DNA from: Spirochaetota bacterium
Lineage (GTDB): Bacteria > Spirochaetota > GWE2-31-10 > JAFGQB01
DNA: 64,000 nt
Assembly: GCA_016935915.1 (NCBI GenBank)
Contig: JAFGQB010000058.1
Span: 2,496 to 66,495 of the forward strand
Reading direction: 5' to 3'
Below, one piece after another: positions 50,865-60,017 of this stretch (position 1 is its first letter; the number at the start of each line of letters is the position of its first letter). Both the position numbers and the translations under genes were made by a program. Under the pieces are notes generated by a model. That model was not told where the DNA came from. It was given only the letters and a program-made list of their open reading frames with translations, and did no database searches.

Positions 50865-51689
50865 TTATTTATTTTTTTGAATTATAAAATTGTAAATTCT
50901 GGAAGCAATCTCTTCTGGGGTGCCGGGGAAATTTGATTTTTTCTGAACACATTCAAAACCGTAAACATTTGAATAATTATTCTTTTGTAATAAATAAAAA
51001 AAATTCTCATAATTAATAACTCCGTCTCCGGGTATTCTATGATCATCAATTTTACCGTCATTATCATGTATATGAAGTGCACAAATTCTATGCGCATATT
51101 TCGAAAAATAAAGTTCCCATGTACCTGAAATTTCAGCATGTCCTGTATCAAAACATAGAGAAAGTTCAGGAATATTATCCAAAACATTTTGAATTATATC
51201 ATGGACAGGATCGTCAATTAAATTTTCGATTGCAGTTGTAACATTTTTTTCTTTTCCGTAATTAAATAATATTATAAATGCTTTTATAAGATATTGCATG
51301 CAATTATCATCTAAAGTTAATAGCTGTGTCCCCATAACAGGATGAATTACGGCATTTTTTGCATTTAAAAAACTTCCGACATCAATCACTTTTTTTGCCG
51401 CTGAAACCGACACTGACCACAATTCATAATCAGTTGTATATAGATTGATATTAAAAAAAGGTACATGGATCCAGTCAATCTTAAAATTAAAATCAGCCAA
51501 TAAACCTTTAAATTTATTCAAATAAATCTCGTCAGCTTCACTAATTAAAAATCTGGAAAATTCAGAACTGATGTTTATGTGGGTAAAACCTATCTTGTTT
51601 AATATTTTAAGTAATTCTTTTAATTTTATAAAATTTAAATATTCATTGTTAAAATAAACAGGATAATCTATATTTATTGAAATTTTCAT
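50865..51689 (-). CDS. Xylose isomerase-like TIM-barrel protein (sugar phosphate isomerase/epimerase family)
   Basis: 274 aa. Metal-ligand-like motifs IHPV..., IENL, FDTGHA, LHIHDNDGKIDDHRIPGDG. Confidence 0.65.
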   Translation of the reverse strand: MKISINIDYPVYFNNEYLNFIKLKELLKILNKIGFTHINISSEFSRFLISEADEIYLNKFKGLLADFNFKIDWIHVPFFNINLYTTDYELWSVSVSAAKKVIDVGSFLNAKNAVIHPVMGTQLLTLDDNCMQYLIKAFIILFNYGKEKNVTTAIENLIDDPVHDIIQNVLDNIPELSLCFDTGHAEISGTWELYFSKYAHRICALHIHDNDGKIDDHRIPGDGVINYENFFYLLQKNNYSNVYGFECVQKKSNFPGTPEEIASRIYNFIIQKNK

Positions 51690-51707
51690 GATATTATTTA
51701 TTAATAT

Positions 51708-52562
51708 TTATAATAATTTTAGTTTAAAAGACTCTTTATTTTTTATTTTATCATTTATAATGCAAACGCCCAAATTTCTCAGATCAAAAAAAACCTTAAC
51801 TCTTTCATCTGTAGATATATTTTTCCATGCTCTTTTCATACCGTCTGACCAGGATATATCATCAAAAACCAAAACAGCATTGTCTGAAAGATAAGGCAAA
51901 ATCATTCTATAATAATCTTGAGTTGCATGCTCATCGTGATGTCCGTCGATAAAAGCAAAATCTATCGGATTGTTCTTTCTTAAAATATCAGGAAGGACAT
52001 TTTGAAATCTGCCGCATATACTTACAATGTTATTTAAATTTAATTTATTGAAATTTTCAACTGCTTTTTCTCTAAAAGGCATGTTGCCTTCAATAGTTAT
52101 TAATTTACCTTTATTATTAAGCTTTAAAGCACTGGCTATATAACTTCCTGAAATTCCTATAAAAGTACCCAATTCTAAACAAAGGGTAGGTTTTAAATTT
52201 CTGATCAATTTAAAAATAAACAAAGCCCAGAAATAAGGTTTGCTTGCTTTTCTGCATAAATTCCCTATAATTTTAAAATTAATCTTTTCTATATTTAAAT
52301 TATTTTCTTTTTCTCCAGCACCATAATCAGTTATTTCAATCTTTTCTTTAGAATTATTTAATTTTTTTCTTAATGACTCTACTTTATTGATCATTTCATT
52401 TTCATCTTTATCTTTACTATTATATAATGCATCTTGTAATGCATTTGAAACAGCAAAAGTTTCATTGTTGATAAATTTAAATTTAGAAAATTTAAATTTG
52501 GAAATATGTATATATAAATTTTTAATAAATTGCTTTATTAAAATTTTAATTTTCTTCATCAT
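51708..52562 (-). CDS. Class I SAM-dependent methyltransferase (O-methyltransferase family 3-like)
   Basis: 284 aa. Motif I CLELGTFIGISGSYIA, later FAFIDGHHDEHATQDYY and VLVFDDISW. Confidence 0.75.
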   Translation of the reverse strand: MMKKIKILIKQFIKNLYIHISKFKFSKFKFINNETFAVSNALQDALYNSKDKDENEMINKVESLRKKLNNSKEKIEITDYGAGEKENNLNIEKINFKIIGNLCRKASKPYFWALFIFKLIRNLKPTLCLELGTFIGISGSYIASALKLNNKGKLITIEGNMPFREKAVENFNKLNLNNIVSICGRFQNVLPDILRKNNPIDFAFIDGHHDEHATQDYYRMILPYLSDNAVLVFDDISWSDGMKRAWKNISTDERVKVFFDLRNLGVCIINDKIKNKESFKLKLL

Positions 52563-52976
52563 ACCACCTCATAAAATATTAAAATTAATAAAAAAAATCA
52601 TTTTTTTAAATCCAACATAATTTGATTATTATGCAAAATCAATCATTTAAATAATTTTATAAATATGATCAGACAATATATAATATTTTTTTTTATATTT
52701 AACAAGGTTTATTATAAATTGAAATCACTATATAATTATTTGTGATATATTTTTAAATTATTGATTTTATAATATTTTAAAATATTAAATACAGACATTA
52801 AATTTCAAGGAATTTATGTTTTTCTGAATAAATAACCATTAAAGATTAAAATTATCTTTATAAATTAAAAAATAGCATTTTTGATGAAAATATTCAAATT
52901 TTACATGCTAATTTTAATAAATTTATAATTTAAAGGGTTAAATTTAAAAAAAATATGCAAAATATCAAATATTATA

Positions 52977-53005
52977 TTGACAAATTAAATTTTATCAACT
53001 ATATT
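52977..53005 (+). promoter_or_regulatory. Candidate sigma70-type promoter of glnN (TTGACA-17 nt-TATATT)
   Basis: TTGACA at 52977-52982 and TATATT at 53000-53005, 82 nt upstream of the glnN ATG. AT-rich context. Confidence 0.4.
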
Positions 53006-53086
53006 TAATTTAAAGATTTTTATTATTTAAAATATCATTATTAAAAAAAGGTTTAATATATTTTTTATCTACAGGAGAATAAATCT

Positions 53087-55192
53087 ATGAAAAGCGAAAA
53101 AGCAAGTACCATTTACGGGGAATTAACATTCAATAAAACCAGGATGAAAGAACGTCTGAGTAAAGTTGTTTACGAAAAATTAATTGCTACTATTGAAAAT
53201 GAAGAACCACTGGACCATTCTATAGCTTATGATGTGGCGCATGCCATGAAAGAATGGGCAATGGACAACGGCGCAACTCATTTTACCCACTGGTTTCAGC
53301 CTCAAAGAGGAGGAACAGCCGAAAAACATGATGCGTTCATCAGTTATGATGACGATGGTGAAATAATTGAAAAATTCTCAGCTAACCAGCTTATTCAGTC
53401 CGAACCGGATGCGTCAAGCTTTCCATCAGGCGGAATAAGATCAACTTTTGAAGCCAGAGGCTACACTGCATGGGATCCAACCTCACCTGCTTTTTTAATA
53501 AAAGCGGAAGACACCTCAACTTTAGTTATTCCATCGGTTTATATGTCATGGACAGGTGAAGTCCTTGATATAAAGACGCCATTATTAAGATCACAAAAAG
53601 CAGTTAAAGACAGCTGTTTCAAACTGCAGAAACTTTTAGGAAACAGACTTGCAAAAAGAATAAAAGTTTATGCAGGTCCTGAACAGGAATACTTTTTAGT
53701 TTCAAAAGATCTTTATGACACAAGACCTGATTTGCATGTATGCGGTAAAACTTTGTTCGGCGCTGCACCTGCAAAAGGACAGCAGATGGAAGATCATTAT
53801 TTCGGCTCTATTAAAGATAAGGTTTTTGTATTTATGGAAGACCTTGACAGAGAACTTTACAGACGAGGAATACCAGCAAAAACAAGACATAATGAAGTAT
53901 CTCCCAATCAGTTTGAAATTGCACCGCTTTATGAAGAGGCAAATTTAGCAATAGATCATAATCTTCAGCAGATGGAAATTATGAAAAAAGTTGCAGAAAA
54001 ACACGGCATGGTTATGTTATTGAATGAAAAACCCTTTAAAGGTGTTAATGGTTCGGGAAAACATTTAAATTGGTCAATCGGCGATAATACAGGCGCCAAT
54101 TATCTTGAACCTTCGAAATCTCCTCTTAAAAATTTGAGTTTTTTAATTACAATCGGAGCAATCTTAAAAGGCGTTGATAAATTCGGCGGCTTGTTGAGAG
54201 CAAGTATAGCTGACGCAAATAATGATTACAGACTAGGTGCCAATGAAGCTCCTCCAGCCATCATGTCTGTCTATCTTGGAGAATATCTTGATGCAATTTT
54301 AAACGAAATAGAAGGCATCAGCACTTTTACTGAAAATAAAATAGCACATATTAATTCAGGAGTACAAAATTTACCGAGAGTATCCAAAGATATTTCCGAC
54401 AGAAACAGAACCAGTCCTATAGCATTTACAGGCAATAAATTTGAATTCAGGGCAGTGGGTTCAAGCCAGAATTGCGCAGAACCGGCAACCATATTAAATC
54501 TGATACTATGTTACGGTTATGATTATATTTATGAAAAATTAATAAAAATGAACGGAGATGTAAAAACAAATGCATTCAAGCTTCTAAAGGAAATATTTCA
54601 GGAAACAAAACATGTAAGATTTGAAGGTAATAACTATTCTGAAGATTGGCACAAAGAAGCTTTAAAAAGAAATCTGCCTAATGCAAAAAATACACCTATT
54701 GCACTTGAATATTTTTTAAAACCAGAGACAGTTGAACTTTTTGAAAAATATAAAATATTATCAAAAAGAGAACTTCATTCAAAAATCGAAATAAAACTTG
54801 AAAGTTACGTGAAAATAAGAGAAATAGAATATAAAACCGCAATAAATATCGCTAAAACAATGATACTGCCTGCAACAGCCAGACATTTAACTGATATGGC
54901 AAAAGCTGCAGGAGCAGTTGCATCTTCAGGTTTGACATCTAAAGTGTTGATAGATGAAGTAAAATCATTAGATTCTATATTGTCCCAGATCAAAAACAAT
55001 ACAGTAGAATTTGAGAAAACAGTATCTGAATGTTTTTCTGAAATTGATTTACACAAAAAAGCACTTAAAATAGCTGACAAGGGTGAGAATGGACTGGAAA
55101 AATTAAGAGAAGCAGTAGATACAGCAGAACTTGTAATTGCTGATGATCTATGGCCTATGTCAAAATATCAGGAATTATTGACAATTTTATAA
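53087..55192 (+). CDS. glnN: Glutamine synthetase type III
   Basis: 701 aa. GSIII-type N-terminus (HFTHWFQPQRGGTAEKHDAF, EPDASSFPSGGIRSTFEARGYT) and catalytic region (HNEVSPNQFEIAP, NGSGKHLNWS, RLGANEAPPAIMS). AGGAG RBS. Confidence 0.95.
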   Translation: MKSEKASTIYGELTFNKTRMKERLSKVVYEKLIATIENEEPLDHSIAYDVAHAMKEWAMDNGATHFTHWFQPQRGGTAEKHDAFISYDDDGEIIEKFSANQLIQSEPDASSFPSGGIRSTFEARGYTAWDPTSPAFLIKAEDTSTLVIPSVYMSWTGEVLDIKTPLLRSQKAVKDSCFKLQKLLGNRLAKRIKVYAGPEQEYFLVSKDLYDTRPDLHVCGKTLFGAAPAKGQQMEDHYFGSIKDKVFVFMEDLDRELYRRGIPAKTRHNEVSPNQFEIAPLYEEANLAIDHNLQQMEIMKKVAEKHGMVMLLNEKPFKGVNGSGKHLNWSIGDNTGANYLEPSKSPLKNLSFLITIGAILKGVDKFGGLLRASIADANNDYRLGANEAPPAIMSVYLGEYLDAILNEIEGISTFTENKIAHINSGVQNLPRVSKDISDRNRTSPIAFTGNKFEFRAVGSSQNCAEPATILNLILCYGYDYIYEKLIKMNGDVKTNAFKLLKEIFQETKHVRFEGNNYSEDWHKEALKRNLPNAKNTPIALEYFLKPETVELFEKYKILSKRELHSKIEIKLESYVKIREIEYKTAINIAKTMILPATARHLTDMAKAAGAVASSGLTSKVLIDEVKSLDSILSQIKNNTVEFEKTVSECFSEIDLHKKALKIADKGENGLEKLREAVDTAELVIADDLWPMSKYQELLTIL

Positions 55193-55252
55193 AAAATTAA
55201 AGAATTTAAGATTTAATTTCAAGTTATAGAATTTAATAAAATCTATTTTCTC

Positions 55253-55285
55253 TGTAGGGACTAAAAAAATTTTATTGTCCCTACA
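55253..55285 (+). terminator. Hairpin after glnN (stem TGTAGGGAC/GTCCCTACA, 15-nt loop)
   Basis: 9-bp perfect inverted repeat 60 nt after the glnN stop. No clean U-tract follows. Confidence 0.4.
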
Positions 55286-55328
55286 TGATAAAATAGTTAA
55301 TTTACAAATAAAATCGTGAGATTAATAT

Positions 55329-56759
55329 ATGAACAAGATCAGTGAATTAAATTACAATGATATAATAAATCTTCTTCAAAAAAATGAAATATCATGCAAG
55401 GAATTGATCGAAGATGCCGTAGATCAAATAAATAAATATGATAAGATCATTGAATCATATATTTCAATATTTGATAAAAAGGAACTTATTAAAAAAGCCA
55501 TAGAAAGTGATAAAAGATGGAAAAACAAAATGCCGATGAGCCTGATCGATGGCATCCCTATAGCTGTAAAAGATAACATCCATGTTAAAGGCATAAATAC
55601 CACATGCGGATCAAACATCTTAAAAAATTACAATCCACCTTTTAATGCTACGGTAACTGAATCAATAATATCTGGCGGAGGAATAATAATCGGTAAAACC
55701 AATCTTGATGAATTTGCCATGGGGTCAACTACAGAAACTTCAGCTTTTTTGCACTCCAAAAATCCGTGGAATCCAGATAAGGTTGCAGGCGGCTCTTCAG
55801 GAGGTTCAGCAGCCGCAGTATCCTCAGGAATGGCTGTATTGGCTTTAGGCTCAGACACAGGAGGGTCTATCAGACAGCCTGCATCATTTTGCGGAGTTAC
55901 AGGATTAAAGCCTACTTATGGGCTGGTTTCAAGATACGGACTGGTTGCATATGCATCTTCGCTTGATCAGATCGGACCGATATCAAAGGATATATATGGT
56001 CTTGCGGTTTTATTGAACCTTATATCAGGTTTTGATAAAAACGATTCTACTTCGATAAATGCAATAAAAAAAGATTATACAAAATTAATTGGCAAAGATA
56101 TTAAAAATAAAAAAATTGCTGTATTTCCAGAATTATATAAAGAAGGTATTTCATCAGAAGTGCATGATAATTTTATTAAAACACTGGATTTACTTCAAAA
56201 TCAAGGCGCTGTAATCAAAGAAATATCCTTCCCTGCCCTTCAATATGTCATTTCTACATATTATTTTATAGCAACAGCAGAAGCAAGCTCAAACTTATCA
56301 CGATATGACGGGGTAAAATACGGATACCGCAGTCAAAAACAGGAAAATTATGAACAGATGCTCTATTCTACACGTTCCAATGGTTTCGGCAAAGAAGTAA
56401 AAAAAAGAATAATATTGGGAAGTTTTGTATTATCATCAGGATATTATGACGAATACTATAGAAAAGCACAAAAGATCAGAAAATATATAATGGATGAATT
56501 GAAAAAAGTCTTCATTGATTTTGATGCAATTGCCATGCCCGCAACTCCGGATATTGCTTATGATCTCAATGAGAGCATTAATGATCCTCTTAAAATGTAT
56601 TTGTCAGATGTAACAACAGTCCTGGCAAATTTAGCCGGAGTTCCGGCAATATCAATACCTTCAGGTGTCATCAATAATATGCCTATTGGCATTCAATTAA
56701 TGGGAAGACCACTTGAAGAGGATGTTTTGTTTCAAATAAGTAAGAAAATAACTGATGAT
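55329..56759 (+). other. GatA (amidase-signature glutaminase) domain of the fusion
   Basis: Amidase signature and Ser-cisSer-Lys triad context are present. Length matches stand-alone GatA (~480 aa). Confidence 0.9.
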
Positions 56760-58208
56760 ATAAAAATCGATTTTACTCCTGATCTTGAAAGATTAAAAAC
56801 TTTTAACTTTTCAGGTAAAAAATTCAAAAAAAATGAAGAAACAGAACAGCCAACAGTTATATATTCAAAGGATAAAATAAAGCAAATTTCGAAATCTTAT
56901 AATAACAGAACAATTAGTATTAACCGTGTTTTATGCAATGAATTAAAAGATCATATCAACAGATATGTCTGTTTATCAGGATGGATCCATAAAATCAACA
57001 GTTTAGGAGGCATTGAATTTTTCATATTAAGGGACAGAACAGGCATGACACAGCTTGTCATAGAATCCAATATCAATACCGAAAAAATCACCCCGGAAAC
57101 CGTAGTTGAAATAAAAGGACTGGCAGCAAAAGAGGAAAGAAGTCCTTATGAAAATATAGAAATTAAAGTAAACGAAATCAAAATACTTTCATTTGCAAAC
57201 AACAACATACCCCTGAATATTTATGCTTCATATGATAACATTAATCTTCCAACAATTTTAGAAAACAGACCAATTTCAATACGAAACACAAAAACATTGA
57301 AAATATTCAAAATACAGTCAGAGTTCATAAGACTTTTTTCAGAATATTTAAGAAATAATAATTTTACAGAAATTAAAACACCAAAATTAATATCAAGCGG
57401 CACTGAGGGAGGAACAAATATTTTTGAAGTTAAATATTTTGAAAAGAATGCATTTTTGGCTCAATCACCTCAGTTTTATAAACAAATAATGGTAGGCAGC
57501 GGTTTTGAAAGAGTATTTGAAATAGGTCCTGTTTTCAGAGCCGAAATGCATAATACTAACCGCCATTTAAATGAATATACAAGCATGGATATTGAAATGG
57601 GATTCATCAATGATGAACAGGATATCATTGATATGCAGGAAGGATTAATAAAATATATGTTCAAAGAAATTATCAAATGCCAAAGGGAAATCCTTGATGA
57701 ATTTAATGTTGAAATTCTTATACCTGATAATATTCCAAGGATTCATTTTCTGGAAGCATTAAACATAGCAGAACAATCAGGCATTTCTGATATGGACGGT
57801 GACATTTCACCGGAAGGAGAAAGGGTAATATGTGATTTTATGGAAAAAGAAAAAAAGTCTTCATTTGTTTATATAATCGGGTACCCGATGAAAAAACGAC
57901 CTATGTATACTATGCCTGATGAAAGACTTCCCGGTTATTCAAGATCTTTTGACCTTTTATTTAAAGGTCTGGAGATAACAACAGGAGGTCAGCGTATTCA
58001 TGATTATAATATGCTTAAAAAAAGCATGAAAAAAAAAGGATTTAATCCAAAGGAATTTAAAGATTATCTGCAATGTTTTGAATTCGGAATGCCGCCTCAC
58101 GGAGGTCTTGGCATGGGCTTAGAGAGAATTACCATGAAGCTGTTAAATTTAAAAAATATCAGGGAAGCAACTCTCTTTCCCAGAGACAGAAACAGGATCT
58201 CACCTTAA
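55329..58208 (+). CDS. gatA: Fusion protein: Asp/Glu-tRNA amidotransferase subunit A (GatA) followed by archaeal-type aspartyl-tRNA synthetase
   Basis: Uninterrupted 959-codon ORF. Residues 1-477 are GatA (AVKDNI, GGSSGGSAAAVSSG, GSDTGGSIRQP). Residues ~529-959 are class IIb AspRS (OB fold, FRAEMHNTNRHLNEYTSMDIE, GGQRIH, GMPPHGGLGMGLERI, FPRDRNRISP). Confidence 0.9.
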   Translation: MNKISELNYNDIINLLQKNEISCKELIEDAVDQINKYDKIIESYISIFDKKELIKKAIESDKRWKNKMPMSLIDGIPIAVKDNIHVKGINTTCGSNILKNYNPPFNATVTESIISGGGIIIGKTNLDEFAMGSTTETSAFLHSKNPWNPDKVAGGSSGGSAAAVSSGMAVLALGSDTGGSIRQPASFCGVTGLKPTYGLVSRYGLVAYASSLDQIGPISKDIYGLAVLLNLISGFDKNDSTSINAIKKDYTKLIGKDIKNKKIAVFPELYKEGISSEVHDNFIKTLDLLQNQGAVIKEISFPALQYVISTYYFIATAEASSNLSRYDGVKYGYRSQKQENYEQMLYSTRSNGFGKEVKKRIILGSFVLSSGYYDEYYRKAQKIRKYIMDELKKVFIDFDAIAMPATPDIAYDLNESINDPLKMYLSDVTTVLANLAGVPAISIPSGVINNMPIGIQLMGRPLEEDVLFQISKKITDDIKIDFTPDLERLKTFNFSGKKFKKNEETEQPTVIYSKDKIKQISKSYNNRTISINRVLCNELKDHINRYVCLSGWIHKINSLGGIEFFILRDRTGMTQLVIESNINTEKITPETVVEIKGLAAKEERSPYENIEIKVNEIKILSFANNNIPLNIYASYDNINLPTILENRPISIRNTKTLKIFKIQSEFIRLFSEYLRNNNFTEIKTPKLISSGTEGGTNIFEVKYFEKNAFLAQSPQFYKQIMVGSGFERVFEIGPVFRAEMHNTNRHLNEYTSMDIEMGFINDEQDIIDMQEGLIKYMFKEIIKCQREILDEFNVEILIPDNIPRIHFLEALNIAEQSGISDMDGDISPEGERVICDFMEKEKKSSFVYIIGYPMKKRPMYTMPDERLPGYSRSFDLLFKGLEITTGGQRIHDYNMLKKSMKKKGFNPKEFKDYLQCFEFGMPPHGGLGMGLERITMKLLNLKNIREATLFPRDRNRISP
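56913..58205 (+). other. Archaeal/eukaryal-type AspRS domain of the fusion
   Basis: Anticodon-binding OB fold plus class II motifs 1-3. The C-terminal FPRDRNRISP is characteristic of AspRS rather than AsnRS. Confidence 0.85.
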
Positions 58209-58228
58209 TACTATTACGAGGATATGAT

Positions 58229-58510
58229 ATGAAGAAAAATAAATATCTTGATTTTGAAAACTTAATAAAATTGTCAGCAATTACTTTAGATGATGATGAG
58301 AGAAAAATATTTCAAAAAGAATTGGAAGATTTTTTGAATTATTCCGAAATAATAAATAATTTCCCGGTTGAAAATTTAAAAGCCGCTAGTCATGCTGTTG
58401 AAAAAGAAGTATATTTTAGAGATGATATAGTGAAAAAATGGGATAATCTTGACAAATTATTAAACAACGCTCCTCTTATCGAGGATACGAGTTTCATTGT
58501 ACCTCCGCAA
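58229..58510 (+). other. GatC-like domain
   Basis: About 94 aa with the size and motif order of stand-alone GatC. No stop codon separates it from GatB. Confidence 0.75.
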
Positions 58511-60016
58511 AAAGGAAGAACAGCAGACGAAAACGGTGCACATGATATGTCAAATGCAAAAATCATTGACCATGAAGAATACGAAGCAGTTATAGGTCTT
58601 GAAGTACATGCTCAATTAAAAACAAAATCAAAACTTTTTTGTTCATGCTCAACCGAATTTGGCAAAAAACCCAATTCAAACACATGTCCTGTATGTACAG
58701 GTCAACCCGGTTCACTTCCTGTTTTAAACATGGAAGCTGTAAACATGGCAATTAAAGCAGGGCTTAGCGCAAATTGTCAAATAAATATGCATTCCGTTTT
58801 TGCACGGAAAAACTATTTTTATCCCGATCTTCCAAAAGCATATCAAATTTCACAATTTGAAGAGCCGATATGTTCAAAAGGTTATATAGAAATTGAAATT
58901 GATGGTAAAATTAAAAAAATCAGACTTAACAGGATACACATGGAAGAAGATGCAGGCAAGCTTGTTCATATAGGCGCTCCCGGTATTTGGGGGTCAAAGG
59001 CAAGCGCTGTCGATTTTAATAGGACTGGCATTCCTTTAATAGAAATAGTAACAGAACCGGATATAAACAGTGCCAAAGAGGCAAAAGAATACGTTATCAT
59101 GCTCAGAGCTATACTTGTATCACTTGGCATCTGTGACGGAAATATGGAGGAAGGAAGTTTAAGATGTGATGCCAATATTTCAATAAGGAAAAAAGGGGAA
59201 ACAATATTAGGGACAAAAACAGAAATAAAAAACATGAACTCATTTAAGGCAATTGAAAGAGCAATAGATTTTGAAATAAAAAGACAAAAAAAAATGAAAA
59301 AATTCGGTTTTGAAATATTTCAGGAGACAAGACTCTGGGATGAAAGTTCTCAAAAAACAATTTTAATGCGGTCAAAAGAAGAGTCGCATGATTACAGATA
59401 TTTCCCTGATCCGGATCTTCTTCCGTTGGTTTTAACAAAAGACTGGATAGAATCATATAATAAAGTATTACCTGAATTGCCGTTGAAAAGGAAAAAGAAA
59501 TATATTGAAAAATATCAATTTAGCGAAGATGAAGCAAAGCTTTTTATGACAAATCCGGATTATGCGGATTATTTTGAAGAAGTATTAAAATTTTATGATA
59601 AGCCAAGAAATTGTGCAAACTGGTTTTTCAACGAAATACTCTGTTATGCTTCAAGCGGAATTAAAAATATAATTATAACACCCTATGATCTTGGACAGTT
59701 TTTATTAAAAATAGATAATGATGAAATTAGCGGTAAGATCGGAAAATATGTTATTGAAAAAGCATTTGAAAGTAAAAAAAGCTTGAATCAGATTATCGAA
59801 GAAGAAAATTTAAAACAGATCACCGACAACAGCACTATAGAAAAAATAATTATTAAGATACTTGAAAAAAATAAAAATGAAGTTGAATCATATAAAAACG
59901 GTAAAACCAATTTATTTGCGTTTTTTGTAGGACAGGTTATGAAAGAGACAAAAGGAAAGGCAAATCCCAAACTTGTCAACAAAGTATTGAAATCAAAGTT
60001 AGATGAAATTCAATAA
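58229..60016 (+). CDS. gatB: Fusion protein: GatC-like N-terminal domain followed by Asp/Glu-tRNA amidotransferase subunit B (GatB)
   Basis: 595 aa. Residues 1-94 resemble GatC (LSAITLDDDERKIFQKELEDFLNYSEIIN...VYFRDD...LLNNAP...FIVP). From residue ~118 it is canonical GatB (YEAVIGLEVHAQLKT, CPVCTGQPGSLPVLN, NRTGIPLIEIVTEPD, C-terminal YqeY-like tail). GAGGA RBS. Confidence 0.88.
   Translation: MKKNKYLDFENLIKLSAITLDDDERKIFQKELEDFLNYSEIINNFPVENLKAASHAVEKEVYFRDDIVKKWDNLDKLLNNAPLIEDTSFIVPPQKGRTADENGAHDMSNAKIIDHEEYEAVIGLEVHAQLKTKSKLFCSCSTEFGKKPNSNTCPVCTGQPGSLPVLNMEAVNMAIKAGLSANCQINMHSVFARKNYFYPDLPKAYQISQFEEPICSKGYIEIEIDGKIKKIRLNRIHMEEDAGKLVHIGAPGIWGSKASAVDFNRTGIPLIEIVTEPDINSAKEAKEYVIMLRAILVSLGICDGNMEEGSLRCDANISIRKKGETILGTKTEIKNMNSFKAIERAIDFEIKRQKKMKKFGFEIFQETRLWDESSQKTILMRSKEESHDYRYFPDPDLLPLVLTKDWIESYNKVLPELPLKRKKKYIEKYQFSEDEAKLFMTNPDYADYFEEVLKFYDKPRNCANWFFNEILCYASSGIKNIIITPYDLGQFLLKIDNDEISGKIGKYVIEKAFESKKSLNQIIEEENLKQITDNSTIEKIIIKILEKNKNEVESYKNGKTNLFAFFVGQVMKETKGKANPKLVNKVLKSKLDEIQ
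58574..60013 (+). other. GatB domain
   Basis: Full-length GatB core plus helical and YqeY-like tail domains. Confidence 0.92.
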
Positions 60017-60017
60017 A

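Noticed and set aside
52563-53086. 524-bp spacer upstream of glnN examined for a riboswitch or structured leader
   Set aside because: It is almost pure A/T with no stable stems. Only a short inverted repeat (ATCAC-14 nt-GTGAT) and a promoter-like match were seen, which is insufficient for an RNA element call.
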